A DNA stretch of 64,000 bases from Nitrosopumilaceae archaeon (GTDB taxonomy: Archaea; Thermoproteota; Nitrososphaeria; Nitrososphaerales; Nitrosopumilaceae). The translations under genes and the position numbers were made by a program. The notes under the pieces were generated by a model, which did not search any database, was not told the origin of the DNA, and worked only from the letters and a program-made list of their open reading frames with translations. The stretch is taken from positions 480,001-544,000 of the forward strand of contig OZ242365.1 in assembly GCA_965208905.1 (NCBI GenBank), given 5' to 3'. Below are positions 1 through 8,560 of the stretch, piece by piece. Numbering within the stretch: the first letter of the stretch is position 1; each line of letters opens with the position of its first letter.

Positions 1-230
1 TGTATGGCATCGTCGGGGATTGGTGTTGCATGTGTGATATCATACCATGTATAGCGTATGGCCGGCAATGCCTTTACCTTGAGTGTATGGCTTAGTTCCG
101 GCGGCGAGGCGAATAGGTACCATTTGCTTCTGGTGTAGCCTAACCACCGATCATGTGAAACATACATGACTGCTGGGACATATCGGGCGGTTCCGTCTGC
201 ATGGGTTATGACGGCGGTTGTGGGTCCCAT
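1..230 (-). CDS. Hypothetical protein, truncated by window edge (virus-like block)
   Basis: Own translation: ATG at 230, open to position 1 (MGPTTAVITHADGTARYVPAVMYV...); 20 bp downstream of the ATPase stop. Confidence 0.5.
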   Translation of the reverse strand, partial: MGPTTAVITHADGTARYVPAVMYVSHDRWLGYTRSKWYLFASPPELSHTLKVKALPAIRYTWYDITHATPIPDDAI

Positions 231-250
231 TGATAAGACGGTTGGTGCGA

Positions 251-1366
251 TCATATGGTGATCTCCCTGTTGTCGCCACGGCGGCGGTCTGGCTGCTCGT
301 CCAGGTATCGCGCGACATGCTGTGTGGTTAGACCGGCTGATTCGAGTTTGTTTAGTTTGTTTAGGACCGCTCGAGCGTTGGTTGACACGTGCGACTTGTC
401 GCCACGCATGGCGCACCACCACCGCATAGTAGGTATTGCGTTTTTGACGTAGTTTGATTTTATGCCGTCTAACTGCTGATGCATGGCGGTATTTACGTCG
501 GGACTCCCATCGGGTGTTAATGGTGTATCATCCGGCCCAAAACCACAAACGCCACAACCATTAGGACTTAACCAGTCTCGTCGAGGGAATACGATATATC
601 TTATGCCGTCTGCCATTGCGTATAAGGCGGGCATAAACGGCTTCTTTGCCAAGTACATCTCTTTTCCGGCGTCCCTACCGCTTGGTATTGGCGGACCCCA
701 TCTACCGCCCAATTTGCGGGCCCTGGCTCTTATCCTTGCAAAGTCGCGCATGCGCTGCGGGGTGGCTCCGGGGACGACTTTGGCGAAGTTTGCGATTTCC
801 TCGTTCAAAACACCAGTGATCCACGTATTTTGAGCGCCGAGGCCACGGACAAAAGGAGAGAGTGATTTACTGTATTGAATCGAAAACCACAAAATCAGTC
901 TGACATCGCCAACAACGCCTTCACGGTGACGTATGCGTGTTAATTCGGCGAGTACGGTCTTGTATTGTTTTGGAGTTAAATCCGACTCCAAATAGGCAAC
1001 ATCGTCAAACATTATGATACTGTCCGTTGTTATCTCTTTGAGCTTCTCTTTGATGTTTGCCATGTCATACCGGTTTAACTCGTGATATTGTAGGTTTATG
1101 TTATATTTTGCGGTAAGCGTAGTGTGCAGCATATGAGAGACCGAACGGCCCAGGGTGGTTTTGCCCGTCCCCATTGAGCCGACAAGCAAGTGAGCCTGTA
1201 TGTCGTTGGCGACGGCATCCTCGGCCAACTCGTCTATAATTGGCTGAATTGCATTGCGCCTGTCCATCCATACATCTTGCCATTTTGTATACGGTATTTG
1301 TGTGCGTGTGTTTGTGCCAAGGTCCCTCTCGTCTACAACCACACCGTTTACGATTTTTATGCCCAT
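251..1366 (-). CDS. P-loop ATPase of virus/MGE type (possible packaging or morphogenesis ATPase)
   Basis: Walker A GSMGTGKTT, Walker B-like IIMFDD, downstream RIRH...SIQY segment; viral role inferred from context. Confidence 0.7.
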   Translation of the reverse strand: MGIKIVNGVVVDERDLGTNTRTQIPYTKWQDVWMDRRNAIQPIIDELAEDAVANDIQAHLLVGSMGTGKTTLGRSVSHMLHTTLTAKYNINLQYHELNRYDMANIKEKLKEITTDSIIMFDDVAYLESDLTPKQYKTVLAELTRIRHREGVVGDVRLILWFSIQYSKSLSPFVRGLGAQNTWITGVLNEEIANFAKVVPGATPQRMRDFARIRARARKLGGRWGPPIPSGRDAGKEMYLAKKPFMPALYAMADGIRYIVFPRRDWLSPNGCGVCGFGPDDTPLTPDGSPDVNTAMHQQLDGIKSNYVKNAIPTMRWWCAMRGDKSHVSTNARAVLNKLNKLESAGLTTQHVARYLDEQPDRRRGDNREITI

Positions 1367-1367
1367 A

Positions 1368-2078
1368 TTACGTCACACCACCTGAGCCGCCAAAATCGCC
1401 CACATCCTCCATCAAACCGTCTGCTATCATATTTCGTCTGTACTCGGCCAAGCCGGCCATTAACTCGACATTGTATTTCCCGAGCCATCGCAGCATCTGC
1501 CTTTCCCATCGATGGGTTGCATCGGATCCCTCCATGTCCTTGAGCAACGGCGGTCTTGGCACTACGCGCAGGCGTCTGGGTTCCACCTGCTCAATTTTAT
1601 GAATGTCTAAAACACGGCGGCCACGCAGATCGTGAGTATCGACTACATTACCGCATTTCCTTGCCGGACATGTCCAGGTATTCATGATCGTGAGGTGATC
1701 CTGTGGTGCGATATCCGAACGTCCCACATATTCAACAGGTAATACGGCCCTCTTGCCCAGTTGATCATCGCTATATTGTACAATACTACCACATTCCGGA
1801 CACTGTACTGTGTACACATCCTTGGTTTCACGCCTGTATGTATCGTCATGTATGATGACTTGGTAGCGTTTTAGCGGCGCCTTGTCCGGGTCCTCGTGCG
1901 GGTCGTCCGGCAACGTCCAACAGATGGCGTCCAACGCCTCAAAAGCGGACATCATATCGTTACGCTCCCTTGCCGCATGATAAGCGCGTATGTTCGCGCC
2001 GACCAAACGGGCAATATCGCCAACCTTCCTACCGTGGCCAACACCTGGAACTAAAGGCATGTCACTATATTGTAGCAT
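1368..2078 (-). CDS. Zn-ribbon hypothetical protein
   Basis: 236-aa ORF with CPEC and CPARKC motifs, 1 bp from the ATPase start. Confidence 0.65.
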   Translation of the reverse strand: MLQYSDMPLVPGVGHGRKVGDIARLVGANIRAYHAARERNDMMSAFEALDAICWTLPDDPHEDPDKAPLKRYQVIIHDDTYRRETKDVYTVQCPECGSIVQYSDDQLGKRAVLPVEYVGRSDIAPQDHLTIMNTWTCPARKCGNVVDTHDLRGRRVLDIHKIEQVEPRRLRVVPRPPLLKDMEGSDATHRWERQMLRWLGKYNVELMAGLAEYRRNMIADGLMEDVGDFGGSGGVT

Positions 2079-2350
2079 GTGTGATATAAACGATTTTTTC
2101 CAAAAGTGTGGGCCTGCACTATGTTGTATATTTGATACAGAGAAAATTGCTCACATATGTAGCAAAAAAATACAGGTATAAAGTAAGAGTTTTACGCTTG
2201 ACGTCTGATAAGACATAAGAAAAAACATCTTACTTTACATGCGTGGATGTTGGGTGTTTTAGTGTGAGGGTGCGTCAAAAAAGGTGGTATCTCTTACTTT
2301 ATGATGGGGTGTGGGGAGGTATATCGGCGTGATACCCTAGGGGTATTGGG

Positions 2351-2848
2351 CTAGATATTGCTGCGTCGGGTCCAACGTCGTATCGTAGACTCAGACCGGG
2401 TGGCCCTGTCTATTAAGGCGTGGTTGGTTAAATGGGCGGTCATACGCTCGGCCGGACCTGGGACTCCTGCAAAATACCTGTCCTGGTTGCGGCTACGTCG
2501 TGTGTGGTTTCGGTCTATACGGTTGAGTATGCGTTTTAGATCCCAATCATCGGGGTTGTGTTGTACAGGTGCGCCTCTGGGCGGGTCGGGGACACGGCCT
2601 ATCGTTATACACGCACATACAGCACACTGGTTATCTATCAGTGGGAGTCGTATAATGCTATGACATTTCGGGCATTGCGCGAGTGGCCAACGATATAGCC
2701 CAGTAGCGACGTTGAGTATGGGCGGTGCTGGACTCCAATTACACCATGCACCGCAAACACACACAGGGCATCTATTACCGAGTTTTTTGGCGGTGTCATA
2801 CGTAATGTCGCTGTGGCAGTGATTGCAGTGGGTATATTTTTCTGGCAT
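2351..2848 (-). CDS. Cys-rich multi-Zn-finger protein
   Basis: CNHC, CPVC, CPKC, CAVC pairs; likely start MPEKY at 2848, just after the upstream stop. Confidence 0.6.
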   Translation of the reverse strand: MPEKYTHCNHCHSDITYDTAKKLGNRCPVCVCGAWCNWSPAPPILNVATGLYRWPLAQCPKCHSIIRLPLIDNQCAVCACITIGRVPDPPRGAPVQHNPDDWDLKRILNRIDRNHTRRSRNQDRYFAGVPGPAERMTAHLTNHALIDRATRSESTIRRWTRRSNI

Positions 2849-2849
2849 G

Positions 2850-3119
2850 CTAGAATGATCCGTCCAGGGATGATCTGCGGGCTGTGGGGCGCCATCCATC
2901 CCTATACCCATACGGGTATTGGTTGGGCTTGGGGGTGTACATCTGGGCGGGCGTCATGCCGGCGATTTTCGGCTGTTTTTGCGGGGCAGCTGACATCATA
3001 TAGTCTTGGTTATATTTTGACATTATGCGCGTGGTGTTTGGCGGGGCAAAACCATCACGGAATAACGGCGGTGTATTGCCGCCATACGGCCAGTTGGCCA
3101 AATCACCAAGACGGCCCAT
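2850..3119 (-). CDS. Small hypothetical protein
   Basis: 89-aa ORF packed between neighbouring minus-strand ORFs. Confidence 0.5.
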   Translation of the reverse strand: MGRLGDLANWPYGGNTPPLFRDGFAPPNTTRIMSKYNQDYMMSAAPQKQPKIAGMTPAQMYTPKPNQYPYGYRDGWRPTARRSSLDGSF

Positions 3120-3121
3120 AA

Positions 3122-3256
3122 CTACCGACCTCGCTTCCTGGGATCTGCCGCCGGCCCGAACCGGCTTGGTCCGTACTGCGCGTCTGGATCGCGTGATATT
3201 TTGGCTAAGTGTCTGACTTGCTCATCTCGGCGGTATTTATCGTAAATGCTGGTCAT
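3122..3256 (-). CDS. 44-aa hypothetical protein (not in ORF track)
   Basis: MTSIYDKYRRDEQVRHLAKISRDPDAQYGPSRFGPAADPRKRGR; ATGA overlap with upstream stop, ends 2 bp before next ATG. Confidence 0.5.
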   Translation of the reverse strand: MTSIYDKYRRDEQVRHLAKISRDPDAQYGPSRFGPAADPRKRGR

Positions 3257-3513
3257 GTCTCTAACCTCGATATAATGACGTCCAGTTTGGACTCCATCCT
3301 ATCCATGCGCTTATCCATACCATCCATGCGCTTGGTTAGGTTTGCCTCAACAGAATCAATGCGCTTGGTTAGGTTTGCCTCAACAGAATCAATGCGCTTG
3401 GTTAACAGGTCGGCGGTCTTTGTTATTGAGGCTTGGATCTCCTTCACGCGAATATCCAGTATATCCTCTGTGATTGTGATATTACTCATGATGTACGTTA
3501 AACGAACATACAA
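3253..3513 (-). CDS. Coiled-coil protein with 11-aa repeats (TKRIDSVEANL)
   Basis: Hendecad repeats; start may be at 3489. Confidence 0.65.
   Translation of the reverse strand: MYVRLTYIMSNITITEDILDIRVKEIQASITKTADLLTKRIDSVEANLTKRIDSVEANLTKRMDGMDKRMDRMESKLDVIISRLET
3326..3404. repeat. 33-bp tandem repeat, ~2.4 copies (coding)
   Basis: atgcgcttggttaggtttgcctcaacagaatca at 3326 and 3359, partial at 3392. Confidence 0.9.
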
Positions 3514-3564
3514 AAAAATGTTATGTCACATACGCACCTAGTCAAGCCTGGGTATTGGGGGTGT

Positions 3565-3588
3565 GGGGAGTGCAGAGGGGAGAGGGGG
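3565..3588. repeat. 24-bp purine-rich dispersed repeat, copy 1 (copy 2 at 8576-8599)
   Basis: ggggagtgcagaggggagaggggg identical at both sites, each at the 3' end of a minus-strand gene. Confidence 0.85.
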
Positions 3589-3590
3589 TG

Positions 3591-4091
3591 TTACCTTCCC
3601 AGTCCACCGAACGCACCACCGGCCGCACGAACCGCATTTATTCCGGTGTGGCCGGCCTGCACTAAGGCGCGTATTGCTCCGGATATGGCCGGCATGTATG
3701 CTATCAAGCCGCGAATTAGTAGTATCGTATAGACGCCTTGTATAATTGCGGTTATGGGCCATGGGACTCCAAACACGGTTAGTATCTCAAAAGCCATTGT
3801 ACCGGACGCTAGTTTCAACATTTCTACTGACATCGACAACCATAACTCTAGTGATTGTATCGTTAATTGTAGAGAGTCGCCTTCTATTTCGCCTAAGGCT
3901 ATCATTTGTTGTTGTATGGTGTTATCCTGCATGGCTGCCCATATTGCAGAGATTTGCGGGCCGGCGGGGGTGATTCCGTCCATAGTCGTTATCGTAATGT
4001 TTAGTGGGCCGGCTATCAGTATGTCCACTGCGGCCAGCGAACCGGATAGAATATACATAAAAAGAAATACCCTTAACCAATTATCTTTCAT
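3591..4091 (-). CDS. Membrane protein, possible virion envelope/structural protein
   Basis: N-terminal and C-terminal hydrophobic segments; last gene of a coupled four-gene run. Confidence 0.65.
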   Translation of the reverse strand: MKDNWLRVFLFMYILSGSLAAVDILIAGPLNITITTMDGITPAGPQISAIWAAMQDNTIQQQMIALGEIEGDSLQLTIQSLELWLSMSVEMLKLASGTMAFEILTVFGVPWPITAIIQGVYTILLIRGLIAYMPAISGAIRALVQAGHTGINAVRAAGGAFGGLGR

Positions 4092-4258
4092 TGGCCGGCC
4101 TCCTGCATAGATACATGTTCCTGGTAATTATGCACGGCCTCAAGTATTCGGCGGTTATAGCCTTCTGCGTGATAATCATTCATTCTGCGTTTTGTATCTA
4201 TGCGCTCCTCTAGGTATTGCTCATAGTCTTTGAGGGTGGGTTCTATATGTTTGCTCAT
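4088..4258 (-). CDS. 56-aa hypothetical protein (not in ORF track)
   Basis: MSKHIEPTLKDYEQYLEERIDTKRRMNDYHAEGYNRRILEAVHNYQEHVSMQEAGQ; ATGA overlaps at both ends. Confidence 0.6.
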   Translation of the reverse strand: MSKHIEPTLKDYEQYLEERIDTKRRMNDYHAEGYNRRILEAVHNYQEHVSMQEAGQ

Positions 4259-4497
4259 GGTAACATACCTCTTACCTCATCTCTTAGTTGAGTTGACGTT
4301 AATGGCTTGAGTATTTTTTTGTATTTTATGGGGCGTCCATTAGATATACCTGATTTGGCCATCTCTATGACTGCGTATGATTGTAGTATGCTATCATGGT
4401 CTGATCTTGTACTGTCTGCGAGTGCATCAATGTATAATGCTTGTATCTTTTCGAGTTTTGTTAAGTCTCCATATATCTTGTCTGTTAGTTGTATCAT
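4255..4497 (-). CDS. 80-aa hypothetical protein
   Basis: ATGA overlaps with both neighbours. Confidence 0.6.
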   Translation of the reverse strand: MIQLTDKIYGDLTKLEKIQALYIDALADSTRSDHDSILQSYAVIEMAKSGISNGRPIKYKKILKPLTSTQLRDEVRGMLP

Positions 4498-4673
4498 GAT
4501 GTATTATCCTGTTTTGTGAGTGTGTTACTCTTTGGGGTTGTGAGTATGTCTAGATATTCAGTCATGGATATATCACGTTTTAATTCTACCGATTTCTCAC
4601 GGCGTCCTTGATTGAGTTTCTCGGACATTTGTTTTGTTACTCGGATTGTTGTTATTTCGTTTTTCTCTGTCAT
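4494..4673 (-). CDS. 59-aa ribbon-helix-helix-like DNA-binding protein (not in ORF track)
   Basis: MTEKNEITTIRVTKQMSEKLNQGRREKSVELKRDISMTEYLDILT...; TTIRV strand then helices; TTTATATA box ~25 bp upstream. Confidence 0.6.
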   Translation of the reverse strand: MTEKNEITTIRVTKQMSEKLNQGRREKSVELKRDISMTEYLDILTTPKSNTLTKQDNTS

Positions 4674-4769
4674 TGTATAATGTGTAATATATGCCGTATA
4701 TAAAATATATTCTATATTAATAAGAAGGTGTGGGTTTTGGAGTTTTCATGCCGTATTTGTGGCCGATAT

Positions 4770-4838
4770 GGGGGGGGGTATTTGGGGCATATTCGGCCTC
4801 GGCGCCATTACATGCCATGCTGCATGTTGCGGGTCTTG
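4770..4838. repeat. ~69-bp direct repeat, copy 1, starting with a G9 run
   Basis: G-run+tatttggggcatattcggcctcggcgccattacatgccatgctgcatgttgcgggtcttg; 1 mismatch to 7733-7801. Confidence 0.92.
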
Positions 4839-4895
4839 GGCTGTTCTGCATGATTTGATGTTCACCTTTACGGTTCTGGATAAATGAATGAATTA

Positions 4896-7649
4896 TTATT
4901 CCCTGGCCGCCAGTACTTCGGCTATCTGCGGCCACAGCGGGCTGCTGTATGTATTGGCGTTTGTTCTGGCCTCGGCTGCGGTCATTGGGTTGTCGTGTGT
5001 GGCTTCACCAAAGGCGGCCAGTACCCTGGTCCAGCGGTCGACATGGTCTGCGCCGTGCTGCGTCTGGGACGCCAACTCTTTGACGCTTGCAACAAGCGCG
5101 GGGTCTATTGTGGATTCTGTGGGCGGGTCCTGCGGCGGGTCCTGCGGCGGGTCCTGCGGCGGGTCCTGCGGCGGGTCCTGCGGCGGGTCCTGCGGCGGGT
5201 CCAGTTGCGGGGGGTCCTGTTCTGCCGCCGCTTCAAGTAGTGTCAATATGTCGGCTATCTGCGGCCACAGCGGGCTGCTGTATGTATTGGCGTTTGTTCT
5301 GGCCTCGGCTGCGGTCATTGGGTTGTCGTGTGTGGCTTCACCAAAGGCGGCCAGTACCCTGGTCCAGCGGTCGACATGGTCTGCGCCGTGCTGCGTCTGG
5401 GCGGCCAATGCGGTCACGTTGGCGACAAGCGCGGGGTCTACTGTGGGCGGGTCCTGCTTCAACGAGTTGGCGGTTAATTTCTGTGCGGCTCCGGCGTCCT
5501 GCACGTCTACGGTCCAGGTGGAGAACAGGCCTAACGTGTAGCCGTCGCCGGGGTTTATCGTGAGCGTTACGTTGTTGACGTCTATGATGTTGTCGTTTAT
5601 GGTCGGGACCTCAAGGGTGTACGAACCGATTGGGGGTATCTGTATGATGCGCCAGCCCATATCGGTGGCGTTTAGTATATCTCCAGTACCGGACAGCGTG
5701 ACGTTGACGGGTAGGGGCGCCTGTGGCGCCGGGGATGCGTTTATGCCGAATGATACGGGGTCGCCTTCCGAGCCGCCGCCGGATATGCCGATTGATACGG
5801 TTGGCGGCGGGGGCGGTGAATTGTTGGTGTGGGGACTGTCCGCTACCGTGATTGTCACGGTATCTGCGGATCCGACCCGGTAGCCGGTGCCCGGTTTTAG
5901 AGTCAGCGTGATGGTACCGGCTGGGTTGTCGTCGTTGCCGTTGGTCTGTGTGACGACGTTGCCTCCCGTATTCTGATAACCATCCTGTAAAATTTGCTTG
6001 TTGGAAACGAGGGTAATAGGATTACTGCTGAGGACACCTCCCGTGACGCTTATGCCTACGCCGGGATGGAGTGTAGTACAGGCCAAGTATTCTGATTTGA
6101 TCAGTCCGGCCAAGTTGACCGTGTCGCCTTCCGTCACCGTATCGGGAATGATGCTTTTGTCCAACCACAAGATAGGGCCGTCCGGATGCGGGCGGTGCTC
6201 GTTCGGCTGCATACGCTTGGTGGTCGGGGTGTTCTCCTTTATCTGGTAGCCGGGGCCGTCAATCAGCGTGACGTCTATCCAGTGGTTGCTGGCGGGGTCG
6301 CAGTCCCGTACCGTGTCCATTACGTAGAAGCCGGCACTGCCGGTCATGGCGAATGTTCTATCGTGTCTGTTGGGGCTGCTGAGTATGTGGCCGCTGTCGC
6401 TGGTGCGGAACTTTATTTTCAGAAAACTACCCGTATCCGCTGTCAGGAGGGTTTCTCCAGGCCTCAATGTCGATGCACCGGTATGCGGCGGGTCCACGTG
6501 CACCGAGACCATCACCTGGCGGCCCTCAAAGTTGTTAACCAGCTCACCCAGGGACACGCACGGGTTGTCTTTTGTGCATTCCTGGGGCGGTGGCGGTGGC
6601 GGTGGCGTGTCATGCGGGCCGGGGTCGTCGTCTTGGATTATGTGGGTGATTATCGACGGCTCGCCTATAATGTAGTCGTCGCCCGGCAGCAACTCAATGG
6701 TAAAGACGCCGTCGGGCTCGTCGTGCGAGTCGTCGTTCGTTAATATGTTGAACACAAAGGGTGGGTATACCCACTGCACACCAGAGGGCTTAAAGGCGCT
6801 GAATGACTCAATATAGCCTTGGGTTATGGTGGCGTTGTAGTCTACTCTAGGGAAGCCTCCGTAGGGTACGCCGGGGGATGCGAGTAACATATCAACACGG
6901 AAAAACCCACCCTCCGGCCCCAGATCGCCTGCCAGTTTGAGGTAGACAAGCGGCTTGAAACGTACGTCCGTGTCCGCTGCGGCGACCTCGAATATGGGGG
7001 ATATGCCGTAAGAATACCTGGCGGTCGGTTCGCCCTGGCCGTGCTCGTTTCTGCTGCCGGCAAGTTCACCCGGTATGTCGCCGGCGTAAAAGTCGTTATA
7101 GTTGTCGGCAATGCGGTCACCGCCAACCCAATATATGGGAATTCCCGTCCCCTCCGTATAGGTGTGGCTCCGGACGCCTTCGCGGTCAGAGGCGCTCCAT
7201 TTCAGTACACGGAAGTGATCAGCCATAGGGCGCAGCGGCGACTCCTCATTTATGGGATAATAACCCCTTGTGGTAGATAACGAAAAACAGTCAGTGCCAT
7301 CGGTATTCTGAATCTCGTTTTTCTTATCAAAGGTGACAAGTTGAAGGCGGTAATCAATCCCATTAACTATGCAGTTCCCATCTTCAAAATTATACATTCT
7401 GTACAGGGTTTGCAGCTTGTACTCGATCCGGATGGCATTTTTGATCATATCCTGTATGTCACCATCGTTAGGAAAACCACCCACGTCCGGCGTGAACAGC
7501 AGCCTAAACTGATCCCCAACATTCAGATCTGCCGGGGCATACTCCCAATCCTCCGGCACAGACCACACGTTATAGGCGTGCGCTTCATGGGGGGCCCATA
7601 CAGCAAGCGCCGCGATCGCCACAATAACCGTACATACAACGGCTTTCAT
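4896..7649 (-). CDS. Large secreted/surface protein with Calx-beta-like domains, Pro-rich linkers and a duplicated C-terminal helical domain
   Basis: Signal peptide ending AHA; repeated 'D...D...T(I/L)xLxPGxGY' Calx-beta-like motifs; poly-Pro linkers. Confidence 0.8.
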   Translation of the reverse strand: MKAVVCTVIVAIAALAVWAPHEAHAYNVWSVPEDWEYAPADLNVGDQFRLLFTPDVGGFPNDGDIQDMIKNAIRIEYKLQTLYRMYNFEDGNCIVNGIDYRLQLVTFDKKNEIQNTDGTDCFSLSTTRGYYPINEESPLRPMADHFRVLKWSASDREGVRSHTYTEGTGIPIYWVGGDRIADNYNDFYAGDIPGELAGSRNEHGQGEPTARYSYGISPIFEVAAADTDVRFKPLVYLKLAGDLGPEGGFFRVDMLLASPGVPYGGFPRVDYNATITQGYIESFSAFKPSGVQWVYPPFVFNILTNDDSHDEPDGVFTIELLPGDDYIIGEPSIITHIIQDDDPGPHDTPPPPPPPQECTKDNPCVSLGELVNNFEGRQVMVSVHVDPPHTGASTLRPGETLLTADTGSFLKIKFRTSDSGHILSSPNRHDRTFAMTGSAGFYVMDTVRDCDPASNHWIDVTLIDGPGYQIKENTPTTKRMQPNEHRPHPDGPILWLDKSIIPDTVTEGDTVNLAGLIKSEYLACTTLHPGVGISVTGGVLSSNPITLVSNKQILQDGYQNTGGNVVTQTNGNDDNPAGTITLTLKPGTGYRVGSADTVTITVADSPHTNNSPPPPPTVSIGISGGGSEGDPVSFGINASPAPQAPLPVNVTLSGTGDILNATDMGWRIIQIPPIGSYTLEVPTINDNIIDVNNVTLTINPGDGYTLGLFSTWTVDVQDAGAAQKLTANSLKQDPPTVDPALVANVTALAAQTQHGADHVDRWTRVLAAFGEATHDNPMTAAEARTNANTYSSPLWPQIADILTLLEAAAEQDPPQLDPPQDPPQDPPQDPPQDPPQDPPQDPPTESTIDPALVASVKELASQTQHGADHVDRWTRVLAAFGEATHDNPMTAAEARTNANTYSSPLWPQIAEVLAARE
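4918..5401. repeat. 151-bp identical duplication (4918-5068 / 5251-5401) separated by a 12-bp tandem array (5122-5202, DPPQ x~7)
   Basis: Direct comparison; array unit ggcgggtcctgc. Confidence 0.92.
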
Positions 7650-7732
7650 GTTTCATGGGGGGGGGGGCAACTATTTTAGTTTATCGGTTTACCGGTTTAG
7701 TATGCCATGCGTTGATCTGGCGTCAAATAGGG

Positions 7733-7801
7733 GGGGGGGGGTATTTGGGGCATATTCGGCCTCGGCGCCATTACATGCCGTGCTGCATGTTGCGGGTCTT
7801 G
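7733..7801. repeat. ~69-bp direct repeat, copy 2 (G12 run at 7730-7741)
   Basis: Matches 4770-4838. Confidence 0.92.
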
Positions 7802-8075
7802 ATGTATCGGCCTCGGCGGCCTGTGTTGTATCTTGTCGAGTTGGGATTGTGCAGGACGCGCCTTAGTGTCATCCTGACACACTCTCTGTATGCATCGGCT
7901 GACTTGTGTACCGGGTTGGGTCGTATGACGTTTTGTGTTTGGAGTACGTTTAGGACGTGGAAAATATACGACATGTATAGAACCGTATAATGAATACTAA
8001 TTTAGGTATGTCGTTGGCGTCATGAGTACGATTTGACCAAAAGTGATAATTACATTAGATTGCATATGACATGTC

Positions 8076-8309
8076 ATGCTTTCAATAGTTGAGCTTGTCA
8101 TACTGGGTGGGTTGTTGAGTGTGGGCAGTATCGAGGATCGCGATAAGGCGTTAAATGAATGTCAAAGTCTCGGACATATGCGATATAAGACAATCATAGA
8201 TATTGTACCTGGGAAGGGTAAAATTACAAAACGGACCGAGTTAGAAATAATACAGTATCGACTCGACACAATCCGAAAGGAGATAAAAGATTATCAAAAA
8301 TCAAAATGA
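8076..8309 (+). CDS. Small hypothetical protein
   Basis: 77-aa ORF with hydrophobic N-terminus. Confidence 0.5.
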   Translation: MLSIVELVILGGLLSVGSIEDRDKALNECQSLGHMRYKTIIDIVPGKGKITKRTELEIIQYRLDTIRKEIKDYQKSK

Positions 8310-8560
8310 AAGTTGAGTCGTGATCTGGCTGGCTTATGGTCTCTTAATAGTTGGTCATGGCGCTTAGGCCGGGTCTGTTCTCTGTGCATTCTGTAATAAG
8401 CGTGCATGTCCTGGTTATATTCGTCAATATATGAATCCGGCAATTACTCTCCGTCTCCAGTCTTACGCTTCTTCATACTGTTTTTGGCTCGAATGTATGG
8501 GTCGATCACTGCGGCCATGATTATGTTAGGATTGATTATGTATGTTTGATTTGTGGTTCT

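Noticed and set aside
4918-5401. Diversity-generating retroelement template/variable repeat pair
   Set aside because: The copies are identical over 151 bp with no adenine-specific mismatches, both are in-frame domains, and no reverse transcriptase is in the window.
4884-5563. Plus-strand ORFs with GGSC, RRVL or AGPA repeats
   Set aside because: Antisense shadows of the 12-bp DPPQ array in the 917-aa gene.
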